Shown: piece by piece, positions 24,223 through 37,730 of the stretch
Layout of the letters: the number at the start of each line of letters is the position of its first letter
Position numbering within the stretch: the stretch's first letter is position 1
NCBI GenBank assembly: GCA_951804945.1
Contig: OX638152.1
Coordinates: 32,178,001 to 32,242,000 of the forward strand
Length of the DNA: 64,000 nucleotides
Source of the DNA: Podarcis cretensis
Lineage: Eukaryota
Direction: 5' to 3'
Notes under the pieces: generated by a model
The model's database searches: none
The model's input: the letters and a program-made list of their open reading frames with translations, nothing else
Told to the model about the DNA's origin: nothing
Position numbers and translations under genes: made by a program

Positions 24223-26157
24223 CCAAAACAGTGGGAGATCCAAGAACAGATCTCTTGCATTATGTATGGCTTGGCCCTAAGAGTCAAGCTGGGTTCCTTC
24301 CTACTTCTTGATCAATAACTAGAATTTAATTAACAATTCTGTAGTTAATTAATCAGGCAGTACAGGCTCCAAATCCCTTTCTAGAGAACTACTGATATAT
24401 TTTTTTTCAGGGCTAACAAGAACAAAGGATTATGAAAACCAAATTTAGCTGGAAAAATGAGCCAGCTATAACTGGTGTACACAGTGGGGACAGATTGGAT
24501 GGAGGGGAAAAACATTGTACGCATACACACTTCAACAGTTTGTAATAAAACTGCGCTGCAAAGCTGTCGGCCTCCATCATTCTGTTATCTATAGGGGAAA
24601 TCAAGCTGAATTCTGCTGTTTGTGAGGCAAAAAAACCAAACCCTGCAGAACAGCTGCCTGGGTGCAAGGGGCAACACAGAAATATTGGAACAGCTTTTGG
24701 GTACCAGCACCCAGATGGAGATTGCACACTGTGGAAGGATGGTGGTGAAAGTGCCAGGGGCTGTTTGAAGCAGTAAGCTGTGATAGTCTCAGAGTTCCAT
24801 TTCTGCCTAGCATTGTTTTCGACCAGTTTTGTGAGGCATTTGTTTCTCTTTGAATTATTTAGGAAGTTCCACCGGCATTTTGATCTTTTGTCTTTTCTAC
24901 TTCAGTCATGTCCTCTGGGTTGATAACACATGGCCACAGTTCTCCGTCTCTGTCTTTCCCTGTCACCAGAGAATTTCAAATGTCGCCCTTGGGTTTGACA
25001 CTGAGGAGAATGGCCAGACTTTAAAAATCCTCCACCTCCCCACGCTAGTGCAGCCGATAAAAGGGATTTATCAGTCTGCACTTTCCTCGGCTTAGCTCAC
25101 GTTGATATGTGAGGTAAATTTTTCCCCATCCTTCATGAGCACTGGTTCAATGCTTCCCTGGAGCATTGCGCCACACAACTTTATTTGACTTATAATCTTG
25201 GAAAATGTCTCTCAAATGCTTATACACTAAGTGTATACTTCAGTTAGAGTTGGAAAGTGAATAAATTAATTTCCAGTCACAGCCAAAAGCAAAGAGGAAA
25301 CAAATAAAATGGTTATGAGAAAGAAAGTGTGGAGTAATGAGACTTAAAAGCAGGGTGGAGAACATCTGGCCCTCAGGCTGGATGTGGGACTTCCTCATTC
25401 AGCCCACAGCTCCCCACCCCCACCCCGTTCTTATACCCTGCTCAGAAATTAGGCTTTTAATATATACCGTAAATATACTTCACTGGTACTAATGGAAGCA
25501 TGTTTTCAAGTCTAATTGTGGCACAGAGATGATTTGGGGAGTGGGTGTTGCAGCTTCCTGCAAACTGTGCTTACCATGAAAATCACAGTCACACAGAAAT
25601 TTGGCTAAAAAGCAGTACCATTGTATCAAGTTGCTGTTGTTGTTGTTAGAAAGCTTAATTGCAGCACAGAGGGTCATTTTTGATTGGGGGAATTGCTATT
25701 GGGAAGGTAAGGGTTAAGCCTCCTCTCCTCACACATTGCAAACTCTTAACACACCTGCCTGCCCCTCTTTAATGTAGCAAGACTTTAAAAGAAAAAAAGA
25801 AAAGCTTACATTGCTGCCAATTGTATGGCTTAAAGCAAAGACAATATTGGATAGTACATTTTAAGGTGAGTTTGTGCATGCTAGGTTGATCTCTAGGGCA
25901 GCCTCTAAAGTAGCTGAAATTCTGCCCTTCCACTCATCATGCTGTTGTTAGGCTACAAAGCTGGAGAAGAATTACAGCACTTGGGGGTGAGGATGCAAAC
26001 AGGCATGAACTAATTGTGCTTCTGCTTGCTCCTGGGTGCCATATTTTTTGTTTGTTTTGCCCAAAATATATCAAGACAAAGCCAGAGTGAAGGCAGGAAG
26101 CATCAGTTTGACTTGCTTACATGAACTTGGCATGTAACACCTGAAGCTAAATCAGAC

Positions 26158-26337
26158 ATAGGAATAGAGGAAGCTGCCTTATACTGACTCAGATCATTGG
26201 TCCATGTAGTTCAGTATTGCCTAAATTGACGTGCAGCTCTCCACAGGGTTTCTGGCGGGTTCTTACACAGTCCCGCCTGGAGATGCCAGAGGTTGAACTG
26301 CATGCAAAGCGGATGCTCTTCCACTGAGCTACAGTCC
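26158..26337 (-). mobile_element. tRNA-derived squamate SINE (Squam3-like)
   Basis: Reverse complement reads GTAGCTCAGTGGAAGAGCAT (A box)...GGCATCTCCAGG...GGACCAATGATCTGAGTCAGTATAAGGCAGCTTCCT; homologous to 58577-58765. Confidence 0.8.
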
Positions 26338-29300
26338 CTTTCTTTATGCCTGAACCTAAATGAGTCTGAGACCAGTCCTTCCTGCCCTAATTCTTTTGAT
26401 ATCTTTATCAGAATATTTGTCCTAGGTGGACTCATCATCTGAGGTATGGTGGGTCTACTCAGTGGTGGTGTACTGGTTGTGAAATGCTCTCTCCAGGGAG
26501 TCTTGGGGGCTGGAACCAGGAAGATGGTTGTGATGGTGGGCCACAGCAGCACAGTCCTGCTTCCCTTTAGTCATATGGAACTGCTTCACGCAAGGGTTTT
26601 CTATTCTTGTTCTGGGAGATATGAACAAAAACAGGCTCTGTGAATTGTAGACCTGAAAGCCAGGGTGCTTCAGTATCAGCAGGAGTAAAGGAAGAGAAGG
26701 AGGACACCGTCCCCCTGACCTTACCTGATGGACCTTAGGGTAGACGTGATCTCTGAGAGAAAGAGTTGGCTTCACCCAACCTCTCCTCAGTTCCTGATAT
26801 GAAAAAGTAGGGTTCACCCAGCCTTCTACATTTTCTACCCTCCAGCTGTTTTAGCAACCCAGCTTACATGGTGGGGGTGGGGGCAGGGTTGATAGATGTA
26901 GTCCAAAGCATATAGAGAGCCCTGAGAAGGCTTATCTAAACAACATATGTCCTGCTTCTCTAGAATGGGCATAAAGCTTTCTTCCATCTTGTTTATTCCC
27001 CCCTCTCTCTTTTTTTACTTTATTTAAAAAACATATCCCTCTTTTTAAACGGGCTCTGAAATCAATAAGAGGACAATAACACAGTACAAACAAAACATTT
27101 AAATACTGCAAGATAATTAACAGCAAAACGTGACAAAGTATTACCTAAATAAGAAAGCCTTTCGGAAAGGACCAGCCATGCAAAATGAGTAAGTATCTAT
27201 ACAGAGGGAATTCAAAGGAGCACAACAGAGAAGCAGCCCTATTTTTGTTGAAAACCAATCTTTGGTCAGGCTGTGTGTCAGAGCTGGGCTGTGGGCCCAT
27301 AGCACAGAAGGGAAATCCAGAAGGTAGGCCAGTCAATCAAGCCAGGAGCCAGAAATGACAATACAAGTGGTCAGGTAGGTTTTGCTGTCTAATCAAAGCA
27401 CCACCGAGACAGGAATCCCCCTAATGCTCTTTACTGCTTAAGAAGGAGGAAGTTCCCTGAGTTTTTTCAGTGACACTGCTCACCACATGGGAAAATAGCC
27501 CCCAGTCCATAACACTTTACTGAGAAACTGCAACAGCAAGGCTCATATCATTAGACAGAGGCCAGCAGTTCTTGACAAGGTGGAAGCATCTGCCAGAAGT
27601 CCTAGTTTCTTGATCTCAGAACCCAGGGAGTTACATATGAAAGAGGCCCCTACCATGACAATATAGGCCTTTAACGGTTAAAATAGCACTTTGTTTTGAG
27701 CCCCCAAACTCATTTTATTGAAGTTGTTTTAGCTAGAAATCATACAATTACATTTTGGCCAGAGCACCTTCAAAGATAATTGTCCTGTCACGACATCCCA
27801 TTTGGGGGGGGGGGGCGTGCTGTTGCACGGGTAACGTGAGTCACATGGGAGCACATTCTGGAAAAGGTTTTCTCCTTGACCTGTTGGAGGGTATATGCAG
27901 TGGCACATACAAGAGTCAAACTGAGAAGTTACCAGAACAAGCAAACAGTAGTTGTGTCCTTATTTTCCAAGAAGGGGTGCAGCTGGAGCAACTGATGAAA
28001 CTGGTAAAAGGCACTCCTGAAGCGAGAGCGTGCACACACATGTATTGCAGCTACCAAGCCATTAGACAGCTCTTCCTGCTGGACTGGTGTGATCAAAACA
28101 CACTGGGGACTTGGGTGTCTAAATAATGGTCTTATACACACTACACAGAGCTCAGTAATATATACCGAACCCAACGGCTTCATTTTCCTCTGTTCCTGCT
28201 GCATTAATGACTAGCTTGAGGGAGGGAGAGAAGGAATGAAGGATAGCTGAGAGGGGCCCAGCCGACACAACTAACGAATTGCCTTATTAGAGACACTTTC
28301 CTAGGGCCTAAGCGGAGCCTTTCTGTCTGAGTCTGCAAGAAGTGGGTCATTTTGTTGGACTGTCAGGCCTTAACGTTCACTTGAGATGTGGCTGCAACAA
28401 ACGCAAGATGCTAGCTTCTTTCTTGCATTTCTTTCAGTAGGAAATTAGACCCCAAAAGAATTTAGGACACATCATAACAGGGAAAGGACTTTAAATGAAG
28501 CAATTCTGCAAAGGATAGGTCTGCCTCCCAGCCTACTCTATACCCATTTAGGATTTGTGGCCACTGGCCAGTTTTGTAAAAAGAATTCCTGCACTCATGC
28601 CCTGGGCCAGAAACATTCCATGTGTCTGCTTCTGAGAGTGTGCATGGGCACTACAGAATTGTGTGGATACTGTAAACACAGCTGCTGCAATTTGCATAAA
28701 TGTCTCAGGTCTTTTACGCACACCCGCTGCCATATTGCAAATGGCACTAACCATTTGCAGCCTCATATTGAAGCCTTGTATTGAAGTCCTGGCTCAAATA
28801 AACTCAGCCTCCACCTGATCTTTGTTGCACTTTGAACATACATCCCCCATCAGCACCCAAACTCAGAAGGGGTTATGCAGTGGCCACTGACTGCTAAAGA
28901 TGGCTTCATCTGTTCAGTTTGCACTGTTTGCATAGAAGTGAAGAATTTAAAATGGCTAAAGAGGGCTCACCTAAAATTGCTGTCTGTCTGACATGTAATC
29001 TAGATTCAGAGGCAATGTTAGGGTTGGTGTCTCAAGGTGAAAGCTCTTGTCTACAGAACCATGAATTCTAGGAGCATTAACTGTGACCTTTCTCTAACTA
29101 TCATGGGTAGCTTACAGAAGACTGAGTTATACAGAGTATTAATAATACAGTCCCACAGTGATTAGCTTCTTCTTGTCTATGGTTTTAGTATAGCATAGAA
29201 TACAACCAATGTTTGAAATTGTGGCACTGAAAGAGTTTTCAGCACATTTAACTTGTGGCTACTGATGCAAGCTAAAACCATAGAAGAAATGTGCAGCCAG

Positions 29301-30140
29301 CATTTACTCATTGGTGTTTCAAATAGTTATAGTGAAAGAAAGCAGGTTAATTCAACTTTCATTAAAAAATTTGTTGGGTTTCTCCATTGATTTTTTTAAT
29401 AAAAACAAAGCCCTAATGTTCAAATCTGAAATGTAATAAATTAAAGAAGGTAGTTAAAATTAACTCTCTGTGTTTCATATTAGAACACAATCAGTTTTAT
29501 GCAATGCCTTCTATTTTACAAATACTTTACAGCATTCAAGAGTTGGAACATCTAGACCCAGGGCTTCATTTTCTATTAGTATCTGTGTTGCTTCATATTT
29601 CTCTCAAATTTAACCACGCCCCCTAATGATTGCTAATAATGTCTCATAACCAGTTATTCATTAAAATACTAGTCATGTCCTACTGTATTTTTTTTTTTAA
29701 ATAGTGTTTCTCAAATCCTACCGGAGGGTCCTGCAAGAGAGCCTCAATCCACTACTCAGTTTATGAGATCTAGTATTAGAGATAGAGGCGAGTACCCTGA
29801 ACGCCAATCTTTACTTCAGAGCAGCCAGCAAAGTGACATAATATAAACCTCGTGGAAGATTGTGTGCCATAATCTGTCTGTACTGCAAAACTGATGGAAA
29901 TTAATTCAACCTTCTCCCCCATCCCGAAAGAGCCGTTAAGCAGATTGTGGTCACTGGTAGCAGCCCGCTTGTGGTTTTAAAGCCAAGCAGCCAATTGATG
30001 AAAATCACATTTAGAGACTTCATTCGGTTTTGCACAACCTGTTTCACTTGAGTGGGAGACTACTAAGGATTGTCAGGGGCCTTCACGCACTGCACTAGGG
30101 ATGCATACCCACTGGCCACCCCAAGATGAGTCATGGGAGC

Positions 30141-30643
30141 CAGTGGTATCACAACAGGGGGGGGCGGTTCGCCCCGGGTTCCATGTCTGCAGGGGTGACA
30201 AGAAGTCACCCTGCGGGGGCTCGTGGTAGCGCAAACAACCATCGCGCTGCCACAGCCACCTTCAGAGGATCCTCCGTTCACGACTGCAGCTGCGAGCAGA
30301 GGATCCTGGAGCCAGCAGCAAACTGCTAAGTATGGTGCATGTGCGGCGTCGCACGCATGTGCTGTACGTAGCGATGCTGCACATGCTCTGTATAGCAGTT
30401 TGCTGCCGGCGCCAGTCCAGCGCCATATGGACAGTGCAGGGACCCTTCGTTCATGGTTGTAGCGGTGCCAGAGGAATCCTGGCACCGTCCATATGGCACT
30501 GGAGCAGTGCCAGCGACAAACTGCTATACAGCGCATGTGCAGTGTTGCTACGTATGGAGCATGTGTCATACGTAGCAATGCCGCAAATGCGCCCTACATA
30601 GTGACGCCTGCCCCGGGTGTCACGACACCTTCCTTTGCCCCTA
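30141..30643. mobile_element. GC-rich hAT-like non-autonomous element with a long internal inverted repeat
   Basis: Perfect 8-bp direct repeat ATGGGAGC at 30133-30140 and 30644-30651; begins CAGTGG; CCCCGGGT near both ends; TIRs degenerate. Confidence 0.7.
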
Positions 30644-32224
30644 ATGGGAGCAGCTGGAAGAGTCTGGACATTCAGTTGAAGGCAGTGTCACTTATTAGGC
30701 TTCTACTTTCAAGTTTGATGGCAGAGAAGGCTATATCTTCTTTACTTTTCATGGGCACACAACGTCCTAAAACCATTAGTACCAGAAAGACTGCCACTTG
30801 TAGATGCATGTTACAGTGCTCACTTATTATTTGATCTGCTCATTGGTAGGTGAAGCACCTGAAGACAAGATCGGCACGCTAGCCTGCTGCTTAGGGACGA
30901 ATCCAGGCTTGAGGGAGTCCTAGGCAATGTGACCTCCGAGTGATACAAGATGGTGGCATTATAGGAAAGTAAAAAGAGGCCAGATTCAGCTGCCTCAAGT
31001 TGCTGTGAGTGCCAGGCTGGAAAAAGTTAAAGGGGACACAGCCAGGCATCAGCATGGGCCCTGGCAACTGCCCAAGGGTGCCAGGGGCTGACAACAGCCC
31101 TGTTGCTGTTACAGACCTGGAACACAAGCATATCATCAAAAGTTTCTGCTTGGTTTTTCTCATTCAGCTTCTGCATTGTCCAGATGTGTCTCAAAGTGAA
31201 ACTTTAGCACTATTTTTGGAGCTGTGCATACTCTGAAAAGGAAATGAGGTATTGAATTATGGCGTAATGACCTTAGGAGGATGCAGAGAGTGAGCTAAGA
31301 CATGCATACATGAGAGCGTGGGGTGGTTACTGGTAGGCTGCTTTACAGTAATGGGAACTTTGCCAGTAACATTCATGCCTGAGTCAAGGACTTTCATTTC
31401 CCAAAGAAGGCCTGGGGATTAATACAGTATCTGAAGTCCAACCTGCAGAGAGACGTGTGTGCCAAGCAGCTGTGTTCTTTTGTTAGGTGCCCTGGAGTTG
31501 CACATCCTTGTACTGTCTGTGAAGATCAATGGAAGTGTGTGCGGTTGCATCCAAAATCTTGAGCAGAAGGCTGGGCACTGACATACCTATCAATATTCTG
31601 TAAACCTATGTGATTTGTAAAAGGATAAAGAGCCAGTTCGCAAGCAAGTTAAAATTTGGAGACTCATACGTGCTTATAAAAGACTGCACAGACTCATCTG
31701 CTGTTGTCTCGTAAGCAACAGTTCAAAACTTGGTGCTAGGCATCTCCATTTAAAACGTTTTCTTGTAACAAAGCTGAAAAAGACTTTTTCCTGAGACTTT
31801 GGAGAGGTGCTGCTTGCTGAACTAGATAGTATAGGAGTACATAGTCCAGTGGTCCGATTCAGTTTAAGGCTGTTCAATATGTAATATGCTTAATAAAGTT
31901 GTCACTTCTTTTATTGTGTTGATTCGTGGGTGAAAATCCACAGAGTATTTTCACTGCTTAAGTCACAGCGAAGGGTTGCAAGAAAATTCTGACAAAAGTA
32001 GGAAAGATGATAGTATATACAAATGCTGAATTTACAAAACAGCATATGAAGAACAGCACAATCATGTAAGAGGTGGCTGCCAAGTCACACAGTGGTTCCC
32101 AACTGCTCCGTCCAGCATGATACAAGAAAATGGGTCAGTTCACATAGAACACTAAGCAGAACTATGGCTTAACAGGAACAAATGAGTGTGCAGGTTCCCG
32201 AAGAGAGGTCATCATCATCATCAT

Positions 32225-32640
32225 CATATTTTTATTTATAGCCCACCTTTATTAAGGTTGCTTATGTATAAAGACAAGAATTGCTTAAAACAGGGGGGGG
32301 GGACATTAAATCGTTAAAAACAATTAAACATTAATGGAATTAAAATCTTATATGTATATAAAATATGTTTAAAACCTACAAATAATTGCAATAAAACAGT
32401 ATAGCACTAGCCCTTTCATTAAAAGTGCCCAATTCTCAAAAACCTGTTGGAACAAGAAGGCCTTATCCTATCAGAGGAAGAACAATAAGTAGGGAGCCAG
32501 TCTGGCTTCTCCAGGGAGTTTGAAAGCAGCCACTGAGAAGGCCCTCTCCTTATGTCCCCACCAAGTGTGCCTTTGAAGGTGGAAGGACTAAGAGAAGAAC
32601 CTTCCCTGAAGATGTCAAACTTAGCCAGGTCCATATGTTG
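32225..32640 (-). mobile_element. L2 LINE 3' end
   Basis: TTTATTTATA tail, A-rich UTR and GCAGCCACTGAGAAGGCCCTCTC, whose reverse complement encodes RAFSVAA, typical of the L2 ORF2 C-terminus. Confidence 0.7.
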
Positions 32641-34053
32641 CGCCGATGAAATTTGCACACTTGAGGTGCAATTTGTATTGGTACCAGTGAGGGGTTTTCT
32701 TCCAAGGCAGCAACCTGATTCAGACATTTGTCAGCATGTTAGAAATGGAGAAAAGGGTTAAATCTCTCTCCCTGCCTGCTGGGATCCCAGTTATGAGTAC
32801 CCTCCCTTTAGTTAAAAAAAAAAAAAGGATGTTACATGCTAAGCATGTGACATCACATCTAACTTGACCTTAAATCTTTTGTCAATGACCTTTCATTTCC
32901 ACTAGCCATTAAACAAGTCTGTTTCTTTCTGAAACATGCAGTTCCCACAGACACAGCTGCTCCATATAACACTGCAAAACAGCAGCTTTGAGAAACCACC
33001 TGGGTTTTACCTAATAACCTTCCATCATTAAGTCCCACATCTTCCGAGTGACCCCAATGTGTTAATTTCTGGATAATTCAGTTAGTTTTATAGCCTTGTA
33101 GGCCTTTGGCCTTTGTACCTCTTGGCATCTTGACCTTATTGCATTTGCTACCCACACAAGACTTGTTTTAAAACCCATTTTAAGCCTTCTCTGGTTTGAT
33201 TTAGTGGTGTGCTTGCTGCTCTTTTTTCAAGATGTTTGAGAAGTAACCCAGCACTTTGAGCTATTATTAGGAGTGGACCAAAGCCCTTGGAACATCCATA
33301 TAGCTTTTTGTCTTTTTTAACCCTGAGATCAATAGATAGTGCTGTCCCCAAGAGAACAACAGCTAAATGGCTGCTGGACTACCACTCTCATTGATATTCC
33401 TATGTTTGTCTGCAGCTTTTAGGACTCCTTAAGGCACAAGTAAAGTTTGACTTGAGAGTCAGCTAACCTTAGGGGAGCTCCCTTACAGAACCCCTGATCT
33501 GATCAGAACTACTGCTTTGCTGGCAATGTGTTGTCTATGATTTTCAGCATGGGTTCATTGGGTCCAAAAAGTGGCCATGTAAAAATTCCACCAACAATTC
33601 AAATTGCACCAGGATGTGCCACCACAAATATCCTGAAACGGGGTTTTAATAACATTGCATAATAGGAACCTGATGTTACAGATAATATATGCATCCATTG
33701 TAAGTAAGGAGATTACTACATTCAGAGTGGGTGCTCACTAAATAGCTGATAGACGTCTAAACTTGCAAACAAATCAGGATGAATGTTCAATAAACAGGTA
33801 ATCTGGAAGCTCTCTTTGTTGCCATGGTTAAACAGTTGGGAGTTAAAAATCCTTGCTGACCTTCTTTAAATCACCCAAATATCTACAAGTGGATAACAAT
33901 CTACCTTTTGCCCACCCAAATTAACAGTTTCTAAAGATAGTCTGTCCATCTTACAATGTTTACTATACCAGATTTCCCTTCCATTCTTATAGAGTTTTTA
34001 GTGGTTTTCTATTTCCACCACAGATAATAATTAGTAGTACATTTCTTACATAT

Positions 34054-34077
34054 TCTCTCTCTCTCTCTCTCTCTCTC
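34054..34077. repeat. (CT)n microsatellite
   Basis: Seen directly. Confidence 0.95.
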
Positions 34078-34609
34078 CTTTTAGACTCAAATGATTCACT
34101 GTATGATTTTGGTATCTACTACTTGCTCCTCCAATTGCTGAAAGGTGCAGCAGTTCAGATTCAACCTTGTGGGCAGAGTGAACACATAAATCCCATAGCA
34201 ATTTTTCTTTCACTGCATGTTGCCCAATTGGACATTTCTTCGAGCCATACCTAAATGCTTGTGCTTTTCAGCTTCCAAAGGCCCTTTGATGCAAATGTTA
34301 TCTTAAAATTCACTCCAACAGACAATCTCCTTTTAAAACTACATTGATAGACTTGGCATGCACACAAGAACAAGTAGTGGGAAAATCAGCTCTTATTAAT
34401 TTCAGTGGTGGCTACACAGGAGGCTGTCTATAAGATACCTGTGTGGAAATATACTGACCCATAAATGTTGCATTGTAAACTATACACATTAGCAGAACTA
34501 AGTGAGTATCATAGAAAAGCAGATGCCTACTTTGTAATTTCAAGTCACATCCAATTGCAGCAGTCTACAATAGGAGTGGCCTGACCAGGCAGAAATGGTG
34601 ATGGCCAAT

Positions 34610-34727
34610 GACAATGTGATTTAGTGGTTAGAGTGTCAGCTTAGGACCAGAAAGACCCGGGTTCAGATCCTTAGTTAGATATGAAGCGCATTTGGGCTGG
34701 TCACCATCTTCCAACATAACCTACTTG
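34610..34727 (+). mobile_element. tRNA-derived (MIR-like) SINE interrupted by L1
   Basis: A box TAGTGGTTAGAG, B box GGGTTCAGATCC and core-like CATAACCTAC; a reversed relative lies near 60335-60455. Confidence 0.65.
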
Positions 34728-35856
34728 TTTTTTTGTTTTTTTATATAAATTTTTATTAAGAGTTTTGTTAATACAATAAAGAAAAAAAGACAGAATAAAC
34801 AGAGAACAAACAAAGAATAAAACAAACATAAAATTTTACCTCTTGTAATAACCATCTTTTCTTCATTTTTCCTTTTGGACTTCCTCACGTCTCTCGCTCC
34901 TACATTCCAAGTTAATAAAACTTTAGCCAGCAACTTATCACCTTATTTTCATTCTTATTGTACACAATTCCAATATTTTATCCATAACTTTGAATATTTT
35001 TATCAAAATCCTGAATACATAGTTTTAACATGATATTCATTCAAAATTTATCTTTCTCATGAAATTCACTCATTCTCATATTCAGCTAACTTTATGGTGC
35101 CCTGTTGTTTTCAAATCCCTCATCCTTCTTAACACTCATATAATTTACAATGTTTTTGAAGATAGTCCTTAAATTTCTTCCAATCCTCCTCCACTGCTTC
35201 TTCTCCCAGATCTCGGATTCTGCCGGTCATTTCTGCTAACTCCATGTAGTCCATCAGTTGCATCTGCCATTCTTCCAACGTGGGCAAATCTTGAGTTTTC
35301 CAATGTTTGGCGACAAGTATCCTTGCTGCTGTTGTTGCATACATAAATAATGTTTGGTCCTTCTTTAACACCCTCTGGCCAACAATGCCCAAAAGGAAGG
35401 CCTCTGGTTTCTTAGGAAAGGTATACTTAAATACCTTTTTCAGCTCATTATATATCATTTCCCAGAAGGCCTTAACCCTAGGGCAAGTCCACCAGAGGTG
35501 AAAGAATGTTCCTTCAGTTTCCTTGCATTTCCAACACTTGTTATCTGGCAGGTGATATATTTTAGCTAGCTTGACTGGGGTCATGTATCACCTATATATC
35601 ATTTTCATAATATTTTCTTTCAAGGCATTACATGCCGTAAACTTCATACCGGTAGTCCATAACTTTTCCCAGTCAGCAAACATAATATTATAGCCAATAT
35701 CCTGTGCCCATTTTATCATAGCTGATTTAACCGTTTCATCCTGTGTATTCCACCTCAGCAGCAAGTTATACATTCTTGAAAGTAATTTAGTCTTAGGTTC
35801 TAGCAGTTCTGTTTCCAATTTCGATTTTTCCACTTGGAATCCTAACTTTTTATCCA
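34728..35856 (-). mobile_element. 5'-truncated L1-clade LINE (ORF2 C-terminus, 3' UTR, A-rich tail)
   Basis: Perfect 17-bp TSD CCAACATAACCTACTTG (34711-34727 and 35857-35873); T-rich tail on the + strand; encodes the zinc knuckle CWKCKETEGTFFHLWWTC. Confidence 0.93.
35129..35856 (-). pseudogene. L1 ORF2 C-terminal remnant with CCHC (zf-RVT-like) motif
   Basis: ORFs 35588..35863 and 35129..35584 are in one frame, split by a single TGA (IYR*YMTP, probably TGG>TGA). Confidence 0.88.
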
Positions 35857-37708
35857 CCAACATAACCTACTTGAAAGACCTCGGTATGCTGCCTCGAACA
35901 CCTTGCATGAAATTGAATATAAATAGATTATGATGATGACAATACCAACAATGACTAGGCTAGCTGATACCTATGCTGACTACAAAGGGTGACTGTCTAC
36001 TAATGTATATACATCCCTCTTAATTTCCACCACTCATTCTTTCTAATTTATAAATCTTATTTTCCTTCGTTTACCCTATTCCAGTGTGCCTAACTTAGGG
36101 AGAAGATTCCTCATTTGGGGAGAGAGTGTGCTTAACAAAAACTCTTAATATGCTTACCTTGGCTCCAGTCATATCCACAGTCACTATGTACCATTCCAGG
36201 CAAGAGGATTTAATAAAGAACACTCCTAATCATCAAGTATAGGCATTAAACTTTTGGACTTCATGTTGTATGGAAACCCCTGCTTTTCTTTAGGGAGGAC
36301 TGGCACGTAATAACATCCACAGAAGCCATGTCAAAGAGTTAATGCTGTACGAAATTTGCTATCATTTCACAGCTTAATTCTCAAGGGAACCAAGATGATC
36401 CCAAGCACTTGTTCTCTTCAGAGGACACACAAGGAGACATTATCTTCATTTATATCAGTCAGTATGCCTTGTTCAAACCAAAGAGGGATCCCAATTCTCA
36501 GAGCGTGTAAATAGGCATTATTCTAGAACTGGGGCTGCTACAGAAAATGGCAGGCCCATATCTGGTTCTCTTACTCACAGCAAATTCTTAAGACCACCTA
36601 CCCATGTGATTTCTTTGGCCTCCTCCTCATGTGGCAGCCAATTACTTGCAGTGGAGGATAACCCCATGTGGTGACATCACTGCTGTATACAGCAGGTTAG
36701 TCCTAATTTTGAACAAAACTGCAGCCATTTTTAAAAAGCTTGCTTTGTTTTGTGTGGACAATCACATGTTTGGGAGGGATTTGTCAAATGAAAATGAAAA
36801 TTTGGTCCAAATAAAAGCAAAACTCCCCAACCCCTTTATAGGGGCAGCAGAAGTACTTGTAGTGAACTATCAGTCTCCTATTTATCTTGATGGTTTGTCC
36901 ATTTGTTACCTGGTTAGACTTTTTGGAGATGCTGGATGCTGTTTACCAGCATTTCTGTTCCTGGTGAAATTAGACAGTGTGAAGAAAGTTCACTATGGTT
37001 CAGGCAAATGCACAGGTTGTAAGGTTGCCTCTTCCAAAGATGAACAATCTTTTGGTGATTTTGATGAGGAAAACCTAGCAGGAAGGAAGGTGAAAAGGAA
37101 TGTAATTATTCCAGAATTTTATTTTGCACTTTTTGTTATATGGTTGTTTGCAGACTTGTACTGATCAGAACATTCAAAAGTTTACAGAAGGGTAGAAGTT
37201 CAGGCCAAGAAATGAAGAACTGCCAAGGATTGGCTTGGGTAGGGAAACAGTCCAGTTTATTTTAGCAGGATGATTCCCCACCCCCTATGTTACTTCCATT
37301 TGGTTCTTAATGGTTGACTTTTCAAACTGTTCAAGAATTTTCTAAAACTAAAATAAAAAAATCTTTGCAATAACTTTAAGTGGCTGCCTTTCAAATGCCT
37401 TTAGTAAAAGCTAAAGTTGTTTTTTGGAGGGGAAAAAATCTTTAAGGCCTTGTTCTTCACCCCATGCTTAATTATCTGACCACCTTGCCCAGCACAGAGA
37501 GTCGTCTGGGCCAAATTCCAGAGGTTAAAGGGTCCTTCAGTGGAGGCATCCAGGGAATAAAAATATCCATTTAGTGGTAGTGAGGAATATCAAAGGAGAA
37601 GCTGGGTTAGCTACTTCACTTGTCTCCCCTTCTTCTCACAGTGCAGTCTGCAACCTGTGCTGCCACAGAGGGTGCCAGTGTAAGTTTGGTGTTGTTGCTC
37701 TTTCAACT

Positions 37709-37730
37709 GTTTTTTTTTTTTTTTTTTTTT
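37709..37730. repeat. Poly(T) tract
   Basis: 22 consecutive T. Confidence 0.95.

Noticed and set aside
30063-30834. Cluster of overlapping ORFs / apparent CpG-island promoter
   Set aside because: Explained by the GC-rich, TSD-flanked transposon, which has few stop codons.
36631-37164. 177-aa ORF
   Set aside because: GTG start, no recognisable family and no convincing splice boundaries.
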